From Cylindrospermopsis raciborskii Cr2010 (GTDB lineage Bacteria > Cyanobacteriota > Cyanobacteriia > Cyanobacteriales > Nostocaceae), in assembly GCF_003367075.2 (NCBI RefSeq), contig NZ_CP065936.1:450001-482000 (forward strand): 32,000 bases of DNA. Reading direction: 5' to 3'. Below the pieces are notes generated by a model. It was not told where the DNA came from. It saw only the letters and a list, made by a program, of their open reading frames with translations, and ran no database searches. A program made the position numbers and the translations under genes. Of the stretch, positions 9,824 to 17,902 are shown one piece after another (the stretch's first letter is position 1; the number at the start of each line of letters is the position of its first letter).

Positions 9824-10057
9824 AGGTAAACGTACGGACAGTTCATAGAGTGTTTCTGGCGCAATATCAATTTCCCCGGGCCACACCACTGTGCCATAAT
9901 TGACAGAGGCCAGTCCAAAAAAACCTGGATTTTTCAATGGTTGAAAGACAGTCATGTCCAGATAGGGACGCATATCGAACCGACGTTTTTCGTCATTACT
10001 AAATCTCAAAATAAGATGGAAGTCTGATTCAGCAACAACGGTAAATACTCTTATCAT
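9818..10057 (-). CDS. DUF2442-like small protein
   Basis: MIRVFTVVAESDFHLILRFSNDEKRRFDM...GTVVWPGEIDIAPETLYE is a typical DUF2442 pattern. The ATG at 10057 is preferred. The stop codon lies inside the adjacent dispersed repeat. Confidence 0.6.
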   Translation of the reverse strand: MIRVFTVVAESDFHLILRFSNDEKRRFDMRPYLDMTVFQPLKNPGFFGLASVNYGTVVWPGEIDIAPETLYELSVRLPS

Positions 10058-10134
10058 AAGACAACCTAACGTAGATATAATTGAGAAATGCGATCGCATT
10101 TTTCTAGGGTAGACATTAATGAGCGGTAATTCCT

Positions 10135-12438
10135 TTAGCTTTGAGATGGGGAATTGATTCCCTCCTCCGCTGCTTCTTTATCCTTCCTACGACCACCATA
10201 ACTATAACCGTAGTAATAATCATGATATTGATGAATGCTCTTATTATATTGATTGGCAACTACACCTAATACATTAATAGATGACTGCCTCAGAGCATCC
10301 TGAGCTTGCTTAATCATCGAGCGGTCTGTCCTGTGCATTTTGACCACTAAAATCAAACCATCTGTTTGCGAAGCCACCAGTCTACTATCCACTATACCCA
10401 TAACAGGTGGTGTGTCGTAAATTACTAAATCGAATTTTTCACGAAAGTATGCCATCATTTGTTTCATCTTCTCAGATGAAATTAGTCGCATGGGATCTGG
10501 CGGTTGAGTTCCCGAGGTAATTACTGATAAAGTATCCAAATCTGGTAACTTTTGCATTACCTCATCAGGAGTAAGATTTGAGGTGATAGCATTGCTTAAA
10601 CCAACTAAGTTGGGTAAGTTTAACCTCTTGTGTACTTGAGGAAGTCGCAAATCAGTATCCACCAGCAAAACCCTTCTTCCCACAGAAGCTGCCATTTGAG
10701 CTAGGTGTAGTGCCAATGTACTTTTTCCCTCCTCTTTGAGAGCAGAGGTGATGGCTACAGACTTGACAACTTCGTCGGAGTTGAGTAACTGAATGTTGGC
10801 ATACAGCACTTGCAAAGATTGCCAAAAATGACCCTCTCCATAATAACCATATCCATAACCATACCCGTAGCCTTTCTTCTTTTTCTTGCGAGAGAAAAAG
10901 GGAAGGGGTATATCTAATGGATTGGTTTTAGCAGGTTTATTTTGGCTTTGGTCAGAATCATGGCGATATTGATAGCTGATACCAACATTTTTCATTCTCG
11001 GCAAAGTCCCCAATAGGGGGAGTTTGGTCCTCTCCTGCATGTTGATGGCATCATGATAGGAGTTGTCTAGTTTCTCTAAAAGGAAGGCGATCGCAACACT
11101 TATAGATAAGCTGCCAATTAGTCCAATCAATAAACTCTGGTAGATTTTAGGAAAAACTGGCAATTCAGGCGTCATTGGAGCTTGGACCAGTTCCCAAGGT
11201 ATTTCTGTTTGGGCTACTTCAATGGCCAGTTTTTCCCGGGCTTCTAAGAAGCGATTTAAACTTTCACTAGCTAGTTGTAATTTTCTTTGCAGATCCGTGT
11301 TTTGTCTGGCTAAACGGGGTAATAGATCGAATCTGGCTTTGCTTTGCTCTTGCGCTCTGGTGATTTCTCTGTTTTCCGATTCTAGTAATAAAATAGTATT
11401 GGCCACTTCCGCTATTTTCAGACCTATATATCTCTCTTTCTCTTTTTCTATGAGAGGTAATATGTTTTGTCTTTTTTCTTCTAATGTTGTTATATATGGA
11501 TTATCCCCTTGAAATCTGGCTAGTTCTCCAGATAGTTGGGCTTCTATTTGTCTAAGCTGAATAACTAATATATTGTAAGGCGACTGAGTTTGACTCTGAG
11601 TCTGGTTTAATGCAGCTTGTTGTCCTTCTGGTGTGAGCAATGTGGCATAACTGGTTCTAGCCACAGCCAACTTCTGCTCTATGGCTATTCTTTGTGTTTC
11701 TAAGCTCTGAATTTGCTCTACCAACTTACCGGACTGATCCTCTGGATTAACAAACTTGTACCTTTGTCTAAATACTTGTAGTTCACGCTGTAGTTGATCC
11801 ACAGTAGCGCCAATTCTAGGCAGTTGTTCGTCTATAAACCTTAGACCTTGATTTAATTTAGTCTTGCGTTTCTCTAAGCTATATTTTAAATAAAATTTGG
11901 ACAGGGTATTTAACACCAAGTCAATTTCCGCCCGATCTGGACTTTTATAGGTAATTTCTAGAACTTTAGTTTCAGCTGATCTCTGGATGGCTAAGTTTTT
12001 GATAAATAAATCGTATGTAAGCTCAGGATATTGAGATTGTATGTCAGGTAGGGCCTGATTAAGCAATTCAGGGCTTTTGAGAACTTTAATTTGGCTATCG
12101 TAGTCTAATCCTGATTGGTCAAGTTGAGTGCTTTCTAGGGCTGCGGTCAGTAAGTTATTTTTTTCGCCACTAACTGGTTCTACTAAAATCTCAAAACTGC
12201 CTTGGTAAATTTTTTCTGCTGTAAACAGGTAGTAACTACCTCCAGCCATGATCAGGGAGGCAATTGTCAAAATGCCTAATGCTCGTCTTTTGAGGATGGA
12301 CATTATCTCTTTGAGATCAATGTCATCCTCAGTTGTTTGAAGGGATATCAGATTCCCAGAGGATATCACTTCTGGTTGGAGAATAATATTTTCTTTTTCT
12401 CTGGTGATGAGACTTTTGCTTTCGTTGGTACTGTTCAT
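10135..12438 (-). CDS. Polysaccharide co-polymerase / tyrosine autokinase (Wzc / GumC-type)
   Basis: N-terminal TM plus a Wzz-like region, a long coiled coil and a second TM. The C-terminal P-loop kinase has ITSALKEEGKST (Walker A), LLVDTDLRLP (A') and VIYDTPP (B), with a C-terminal Tyr cluster YHDYYYGYSYGG. Confidence 0.85.
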   Translation of the reverse strand: MNSTNESKSLITREKENIILQPEVISSGNLISLQTTEDDIDLKEIMSILKRRALGILTIASLIMAGGSYYLFTAEKIYQGSFEILVEPVSGEKNNLLTAALESTQLDQSGLDYDSQIKVLKSPELLNQALPDIQSQYPELTYDLFIKNLAIQRSAETKVLEITYKSPDRAEIDLVLNTLSKFYLKYSLEKRKTKLNQGLRFIDEQLPRIGATVDQLQRELQVFRQRYKFVNPEDQSGKLVEQIQSLETQRIAIEQKLAVARTSYATLLTPEGQQAALNQTQSQTQSPYNILVIQLRQIEAQLSGELARFQGDNPYITTLEEKRQNILPLIEKEKERYIGLKIAEVANTILLLESENREITRAQEQSKARFDLLPRLARQNTDLQRKLQLASESLNRFLEAREKLAIEVAQTEIPWELVQAPMTPELPVFPKIYQSLLIGLIGSLSISVAIAFLLEKLDNSYHDAINMQERTKLPLLGTLPRMKNVGISYQYRHDSDQSQNKPAKTNPLDIPLPFFSRKKKKKGYGYGYGYGYYGEGHFWQSLQVLYANIQLLNSDEVVKSVAITSALKEEGKSTLALHLAQMAASVGRRVLLVDTDLRLPQVHKRLNLPNLVGLSNAITSNLTPDEVMQKLPDLDTLSVITSGTQPPDPMRLISSEKMKQMMAYFREKFDLVIYDTPPVMGIVDSRLVASQTDGLILVVKMHRTDRSMIKQAQDALRQSSINVLGVVANQYNKSIHQYHDYYYGYSYGGRRKDKEAAEEGINSPSQS

Positions 12439-12701
12439 ACTTAACTTATGCTTGACATTTAAACTACGGAGAATTCATTTTTAGCAGAGGGTATTCTTAC
12501 TGATTGAACAGAATAAACCTGAACTACATGGACATAATATCATAAACTGTACCAGTTTAACATTTTAATACAAATTAACAAGTCCATTTTCAACCGACTG
12601 GTTTTGTCATATTCAAATTCCCACCTGATAATTACCACATTTTTTTGAGTCACGCATTAAGCGATCGCATTTTATTCTAACTCAAATTAAGAGCATAAGC
12701 G

Positions 12702-13010
12702 TTAACCGACACTAGCAATAATCTGCCCAATATCTTTAGGAGTTGCACCTGTTGCCAACATTGCTCGAATTAACAATTCCACCGAATCACTACCATTCCC
12801 AGCATTAGCAATCCGAGGTTGACTGGAGCCAATTTTAGAAGCGAGTTCAACCTGAGTCATCAATTTTTGCCGGCGCTCCTTCAAGCTGCGACTAAGAACC
12901 AGTTTGATTTCAAGCAAAAACGCTTCTTCTGGTGTTAACTCTAAAAAGTCTGAGACGGTCCCAACTTTCCAACCTTTAGATTCCAAACGTTCCTTCTTAA
13001 GTTGTTCCAT
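12702..13010 (-). CDS. XRE-family HTH antitoxin (HigA-like)
   Basis: MEQLKKERLESKGWKVGTVSDFLELTPEE... plus the HTH LMTQVELASKIGSSQPRIANAGNG. The ATG at 13010 overlaps the stop of the upstream toxin remnant. Confidence 0.65.
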   Translation of the reverse strand: MEQLKKERLESKGWKVGTVSDFLELTPEEAFLLEIKLVLSRSLKERRQKLMTQVELASKIGSSQPRIANAGNGSDSVELLIRAMLATGATPKDIGQIIASVG

Positions 13011-13131
13011 CGATTTGCTCCTGTGGGTCGGTATCGTATTTGCCCAAACGCTTTTTGCAAATGTCAATTACGTTTTTAGGTGTTGATCTCGTTGTTTTAT
13101 TAAAAACCTCGACAATCAAGATTGCATCGTC
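12997..13131 (-). pseudogene. 5'-truncated RelE/HigB (Gp49-like) toxin remnant, last 44 codons only
   Basis: My translation is DDAILIVEVFNKTTRSTPKNVIDICKKRLGKYDTDPQEQIDGTT*. It resembles the C-terminal (hh)LhaFxKKTxKTPxxEIxxAxxRl motif of Gp49/HigB toxins. A stop codon lies immediately upstream, and the paralog repeat begins at 13131. Confidence 0.55.
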
Positions 13132-13137
13132 TTAGGA

Positions 13138-13887
13138 ATGTTTATGACCGCCCACTTCTATAATAGCCCTTATGAAGTGGAAATAGGACACTATGTCAAT
13201 TATCGGAAGCAAACAAGTAAATCCTTGTCGAACCTGCTACCAGAGGAGGATTACAGACTGTACGGATTAACAACCCACGAACCGACCCAATTAATGGGGA
13301 GATTAAAATGGAAAACTGTCAGTGAAGGGGTTTATGATATAGAATGTGTTACTATGAACGTGAGACTGATAGTCCTGTCGAAAATACCCAAAAGTGCCAA
13401 CAATGAGTTGTGGAGACTGTTTAGTGCGAGAGCAGAAGTGGTGGAAGAAGCGATTAGCCATTATCAAGAAAGTTATCGCAAGAGCGAGTATAGCATATTA
13501 ATGCAACAACTATATGAGTTTTACTTAAAGGAGAAACTGCCAATGACATACACATTAGAGCAATTCAAAAAAGATTTTGTAATAAGTCACTTGAGAGAGA
13601 TACCGACTGAGGAGGTATTAAAGCAATATTCTCTCGAAGAGATTAAGCAATATTCTCCAAAAGAGCTGTTAAAGCAATATTCTCTCGAAGAGATTAAGCA
13701 ATATTCTCCAAAAGAGCTGTTAAAGCAATATTCTCTCGAAGAGATTAAGCAATATTCTCCAAAAGAGCTGTTAAAGCAATATTCTCCTCAGGACCTCGTA
13801 GAAGGACTTTCACCAGAGACACTACAGCACTTGGCAGTTGTTCTATCTCAATTGGGTGTCAACCAAATAAAAAATCAGGAGCAATGA
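13138..13887 (+). pseudogene. Truncated paralog (copy 1) of the tandem gene family
   Basis: Compared with copies 2 and 3 it lacks the first 24 codons and an in-frame block of 58 codons (VEKDLTIRKQLLDIIIIKR...HNLISYKS...WSLMEL). The rest is near-identical. It contains three 51-bp repeats. Confidence 0.6.
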
Positions 13888-14195
13888 TATTGGGATCTTA
13901 AAACTGTAAAACACACAAAAACGGTTCTTGGGAACTCTATTTTCAAATTCCCACCTGATAATTACCACATTTTTTTGAGTCACGCGTTAAGCGATCGCAT
14001 TTTATTCTAACTCAAATTAAGAGAGGGAGTGCTTCGCAATCGCCCACCTCCAATTTAACACTGGACCTGCGGGGAATATAGCGCAACCTCATCCAAGTGG
14101 ATTAGGAATAAATTAGTGTAAGAATTTCTGATACTATATTGACATGGGGTAATTAACCCACACCACATCTAATAAATTATGCGAACAGTCCGGTT

Positions 14196-15242
14196 ATGGT
14201 ACGTAAAAAATCCAAACCTCAGAAAAAAAAGGACACCCCAAATAGAGACTGGCACCGCCTATTAGGAATGTTTATGACCGTCCACTTCTATAATAGCCCT
14301 TATGAGGTAGAAGTAGAAAAGGATCTAACCATCAGAAAACAACTGCTAGACATTATAATCATTAAGAGATATAAAGACAGCGGATTTAATCTGTATCCAG
14401 CAGGTTTAGAAAACATGTCTAAACACAACCTAATCAGCTATAAATCCATTCATGAATCATTCACAGTTTGGTCACTAATGGAATTAATAGGACACTATGT
14501 CAATTATCGGAAGCAAACGAGTAAATCCTTGTCGAACCTGCTACCAGAGGAGGATTACAGACTGTACGGATTAACAACCCACGAACCGACCCAATTAATG
14601 GGGAGATTAAAATGGAAAACTGTCAGTGAAGGGGTTTATGATATAGAATGTGTTACTATGAACGTGAGACTGATAGTCCTGTCGAAAATACCCAAAAGTG
14701 CCAACAATGAGTTGTGGAGACTGTTTAGTGCGAGAGCAGAAGTGGTGGAAGAAGCGATTAGCCATTATCAAGAAAGTTATCGCAAGAGCGAGTATAGCAT
14801 ATTAATGCAACAACTATATGAGTTTTACTTAAAGGAGAAACTGCCAATGACATACACATTAGAGCAATTCAAAAAAGATTTTGTAATAAGTCACTTGAGA
14901 GAGATACCGACTGAGGAGGTATTAAAGCAATATTCTCTCGAAGAGATTAAGCAATATTCTCCAAAAGAGCTGTTAAAGCAATATTCTCTCGAAGAGATTA
15001 AGCAATATTCTCCAAAAGAGCTGTTAAAGCAATATTCTCTCGAAGAGATTAAGCAATATTCTCCAAAAGAGCTGTTAAAGCAATATTCTCTCGAAGAGAT
15101 TAAGCAATATTCTCCAAAAGAGCTGTTAAAGCAATATTCTCCTCAGGACCTCGTAGAAGGACTTTCACCAGAGACACTACAGCACTTGGCAGTTGTTCTA
15201 TCTCAATTGGGTGTCAACCAAATAAAAAATCAGGAGCAATGA
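14196..15242 (+). CDS. Tandem-family protein copy 2 (348 aa); possible PD-(D/E)XK / Rpn-like nuclease fold with a repeat-bearing C-terminus
   Basis: Intact ORF with a candidate core EVEVEKD...LLDIIIIK...HNLISYKS...GHYVNYRKQ and four 51-bp repeats (KQYSLEEIKQYSPKELL). The family assignment is from memory only. Confidence 0.6.
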   Translation: MVRKKSKPQKKKDTPNRDWHRLLGMFMTVHFYNSPYEVEVEKDLTIRKQLLDIIIIKRYKDSGFNLYPAGLENMSKHNLISYKSIHESFTVWSLMELIGHYVNYRKQTSKSLSNLLPEEDYRLYGLTTHEPTQLMGRLKWKTVSEGVYDIECVTMNVRLIVLSKIPKSANNELWRLFSARAEVVEEAISHYQESYRKSEYSILMQQLYEFYLKEKLPMTYTLEQFKKDFVISHLREIPTEEVLKQYSLEEIKQYSPKELLKQYSLEEIKQYSPKELLKQYSLEEIKQYSPKELLKQYSLEEIKQYSPKELLKQYSPQDLVEGLSPETLQHLAVVLSQLGVNQIKNQEQ

Positions 15243-15550
15243 TATTGGGATCTTAAAACTGTAAAACACACAAAAACGGTTCTTGGGAACTCTATTTTCA
15301 AATTCCCACCTGATAATTACCACATTTTTTTGAGTCACGCGTTAAGCGATCGCATTTTATTCTAACTCAAATTAAGAGAGGGAGTGCTTCGCAATCGCCC
15401 ACCTCCAATTTAACACTGGACCTGCGGGGAATATAGCGCAACCTCATCCAAGTGGATTAGGAATAAATTAGTGTAAGAATTTCTGATACTATATTGACAT
15501 GGGGTAATTAACCCACACCACATCTAATAAATTATGCGAACAGTCCGGTT

Positions 15551-16474
15551 ATGGTACGTAAAAAATCCAAACCTCAGAAAAAAAAGGACACCCCAAATAG
15601 AGACTGGCACCGCCTATTAGGAATGTTTATGACCGTCCACTTCTATAATAGCCCTTATGAGGTAGAAGTAGAAAAGGATCTAACCATCAGAAAACAACTG
15701 CTAGACATTATAATCATTAAGAGATATAAAGACAGCGGATTTAATCTGTATCCAGCAGGTTTAGAAAACATGTCTAAACACAACCTAATCAGCTATAAAT
15801 CCATTCATGAATCATTCACAGTTTGGTCACTAATGGAATTAATAGGACACTATGTCAATTATCGGAAGCAAACGAGTAAATCCTTGTCGAACCTGCTACC
15901 AGAGGAGGATTACAGACTGTACGGATTAACAACCCACGAACCGACCCAATTAATGGGGAGATTAAAATGGAAAACTGTCAGTGAAGGGGTTTATGATATA
16001 GAATGTGTTACTATGAACGTGAGACTGATAGTCCTGTCGAAAATACCCAAAAGTGCCAACAATGAGTTGTGGAGACTGTTTAGTGCGAGAGCAGAAGTGG
16101 TGGAAGAAGCGATTAGCCATTATCAAGAAAGTTATCGCAAGAGCGAGTATAGCATATTAATGCAACAACTATATGAGTTTTACTTAAAGGAGAAACTGCC
16201 AATGACATACACATTAGAGCAATTCAAAAAAGATTTTGTAATAAGTCACTTGAGAGAGATACCAACTGAAGAAGTGTTGAAGCAATATTCTCCCGAAGAG
16301 GTATTAAAGCAATATTCTCCCGAAGAGGTGTTAAAGCAATATTCTCCCGAAGAGGTGTTAAAGCAATATTCTCCTCAGGACCTCCTAGAAGGACTTTCAC
16401 CAGAGACACTACAGCACTTGGCAGTTGTTCTATCTCAATTGGGTGTCAACCAAATAAAAAATCAGGAGCAATGA
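15551..16474 (+). CDS. Tandem-family protein copy 3 (307 aa)
   Basis: Identical to copy 2 over roughly the first 243 aa. Its repeat block is a different 27-bp repeat (KQYSPEEVL) with three full units plus a partial at 16280-16360. Confidence 0.6.
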   Translation: MVRKKSKPQKKKDTPNRDWHRLLGMFMTVHFYNSPYEVEVEKDLTIRKQLLDIIIIKRYKDSGFNLYPAGLENMSKHNLISYKSIHESFTVWSLMELIGHYVNYRKQTSKSLSNLLPEEDYRLYGLTTHEPTQLMGRLKWKTVSEGVYDIECVTMNVRLIVLSKIPKSANNELWRLFSARAEVVEEAISHYQESYRKSEYSILMQQLYEFYLKEKLPMTYTLEQFKKDFVISHLREIPTEEVLKQYSPEEVLKQYSPEEVLKQYSPEEVLKQYSPQDLLEGLSPETLQHLAVVLSQLGVNQIKNQEQ

Positions 16475-16719
16475 TATTGGGATCTTAAAACTGTAAAACA
16501 CACAAAAACGGTTCTTGGGAACTCTATTTTCAAATTCCCACCTGATAATTACCACATTTTTTTGAGTCACGCGTTAAGCGATCGCATTTTATTCTAACTC
16601 GAATTAAGAGCATAAGCGTTAACCGACACTAGCAATAATCTGCCCAATATCTTATCGCCATCACCATGCAAAAAAGGTTTGAGATGAGTTTTTGTGGTTG
16701 AAGGCGTAAAAATCTGGTG

Positions 16720-17067
16720 TTATAACAAGATGTTAGTTTGTTTTTGTTGCATAAAAAAATCACTGGGACTCAAGTAATTTTTATACTTGCCTCTAAGAGA
16801 ACGAATAAACTCTTTCCGCTGATTAGAGACATCTTCCTTAACCTGATCTAAGCCAATGGTAGACACAGAAATTTTTTCTTCGGCTAAAGACATTACAAAG
16901 TCTCGATGGCTTAATCCTGCTATTTGAGCAGCTTTTTTTTCAGAAATTTCGCCTTTTTGATACCAATGAATAGCAGCAGCGAGTTTCATTTTTTTCACAA
17001 ACTCTTGAGGTTTACAGCGAAAACTGTCAAAGATTTCATCAGGTAATTGAATCGAAATGTCCATCAT
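16720..17067 (-). CDS. UPF0175-family small HTH protein (antitoxin-like)
   Basis: MMDISIQLPDEIFDSF...KLAAAIHWYQKGEISEKKAAQIAGLSHRDFVMSLAEEKISV matches the UPF0175 pattern. No PIN/DUF3368 partner is visible. Confidence 0.55.
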   Translation of the reverse strand: MMDISIQLPDEIFDSFRCKPQEFVKKMKLAAAIHWYQKGEISEKKAAQIAGLSHRDFVMSLAEEKISVSTIGLDQVKEDVSNQRKEFIRSLRGKYKNYLSPSDFFMQQKQTNILL

Positions 17068-17294
17068 AATTCTACACGTAAATTTAATAAGTTAATAGAA
17101 ACTTTATCTGGCAAATATCCCCATTTCTCAAATTGTACCTGCAATTCCGGATTATACTGTATGGTGTCGATAACCGGCAAATTCATTTTATCTCCACTGG
17201 CACTTACCCAATGCCATAAGGATTGATTGCCACTAATACCACTTGTTATTAGCTTAGGCTGGGATTTGCGTGCTGCTCGAAAACTACCCCACAC
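17064..17294 (-). pseudogene. Probable DUF2442-like C-terminal fragment
   Basis: The C-terminus PELQVQFEKWGYLPDKVSI is nearly identical at the DNA level (17100-17150 vs 17931-17985) to the DUF2442 gene at 17903-18226. The 5' side abuts the dispersed repeat at 17311. Confidence 0.35.
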
Positions 17295-17310
17295 TTGGGT
17301 TTGCTCATAA

Positions 17311-17760
17311 GCGATCGCATTTTATTTTAACTCAAATTAAGAGGGCGATTGGGAAGCACACGGAATGAACCATGATTTGGTTGAATCACCCCACACCTGG
17401 AGACTGTCCGTGGGGGAGACCGGGAATCAATTCCCGGTCTCAAAGCTCAAGTCGGTTCAAAACCGACTGGCTTTGTAGTGTGTAATCGTAGGTTGGGTTG
17501 AGGAACGAAACCCAACAAACCAACGGGATATGTATAAATGCGATTGCAAAGCACTCCCTACGGGAGCTCGCCATCATCATCAAGGGAATGAATTTATCTC
17601 CTTGCAGAAGTCGTGATTCACACGCGAAACACAATACCCCCATGGGAATGCGATCGCATTTTATTTTAACTCGAATTAAGAGGGCGATTGGGAAGCACAC
17701 AGAATTAACCAGGTAAACGTACGGACAGTTCATAGAGTGTTTCTGGCGCAATATCAATTA
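17311..17760. repeat. Single inverted copy (339-bp variant) of the 359-bp array unit plus a partial second copy
   Basis: This is the reverse complement of the array unit. It lacks the 20-bp agaaattgactgggaacttg segment. The period between the GCGATCGCATTTTATTTTAACTC heads at 17311 and 17650 is 339 bp. Confidence 0.85.
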
Positions 17761-17795
17761 AGCGATCGCATTCTATTTTAACTCGAATTAAGAGG

Positions 17796-17885
17796 GTGAA
17801 GGGGTTTATGATATAGAATGTGCTACTATGAACGCGAGACTGATAGTGCTGTCGAAAATACCCAAAAGTGCCATCAATGACTTGT
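17796..17885 (+). pseudogene. 90-bp fragment of the tandem-family gene
   Basis: gtgaaggggtttatgatatagaatgtgCtactatgaacgCgagactgatagtGctgtcgaaaatacccaaaagtgccaTcaatgaCttgt matches 13322-13411 with about 5 mismatches. It is flanked by the 33-bp HIP1 element at 17762-17794 and a degenerate copy at 17888-17915. Confidence 0.75.
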
Positions 17886-17902
17886 AAGCGATCACATTTT
17901 AT

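Larger units (their letters stand above)
12612..16653. repeat. Tandem amplification of a ~1.3-kb unit, three units plus a 125-bp partial fourth
   Basis: The unit head ttcaaattcccacctgataattaccacattttttt... starts at 12612, 13942, 15297 and 16529, giving unit lengths of 1330, 1355 and 1232 bp. The 43 bp at 12694-12736 reappear at 16611-16653. Confidence 0.9.

Noticed and set aside
9599-9918. Track ORFs 9599-9829 (+) and 9676-9918 (-)
   Set aside because: Both are read through dispersed-repeat modules and overlap the better-supported DUF2442 gene. The peptides of type VGFRxxSTQPT are the known artefact of translating the gttgggtt...aacccaac hairpin repeat.
11222-11512. Antisense ORF inside the Wzc-like gene, and similar antisense ORFs at 744-929, 1388-1802, 2005-2398, 9261-9488, 19956-20204, 21241-21471, 21973-22230, 23359-24327, 26905-27123, 27649-28367 and 30936-31136
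   Set aside because: Each is fully embedded opposite a long, motif-supported gene. Their composition is low-complexity or biased and they have no motifs.
13138-16474. Diversity-generating retroelement or invertase-driven phase variation as the source of paralog variability
   Set aside because: No reverse transcriptase, template repeat or recombinase/invertase gene is present, and no inverted repeats flank the variable block. The variation is fully explained by changes in tandem-repeat number and type.
17440-17757. Track ORFs 17440-17757 (-) and 17498-17716 (+)
   Set aside because: They lie entirely inside the inverted copy of the 359-bp repeat unit. The equivalent frames are closed in the tandem array copies.
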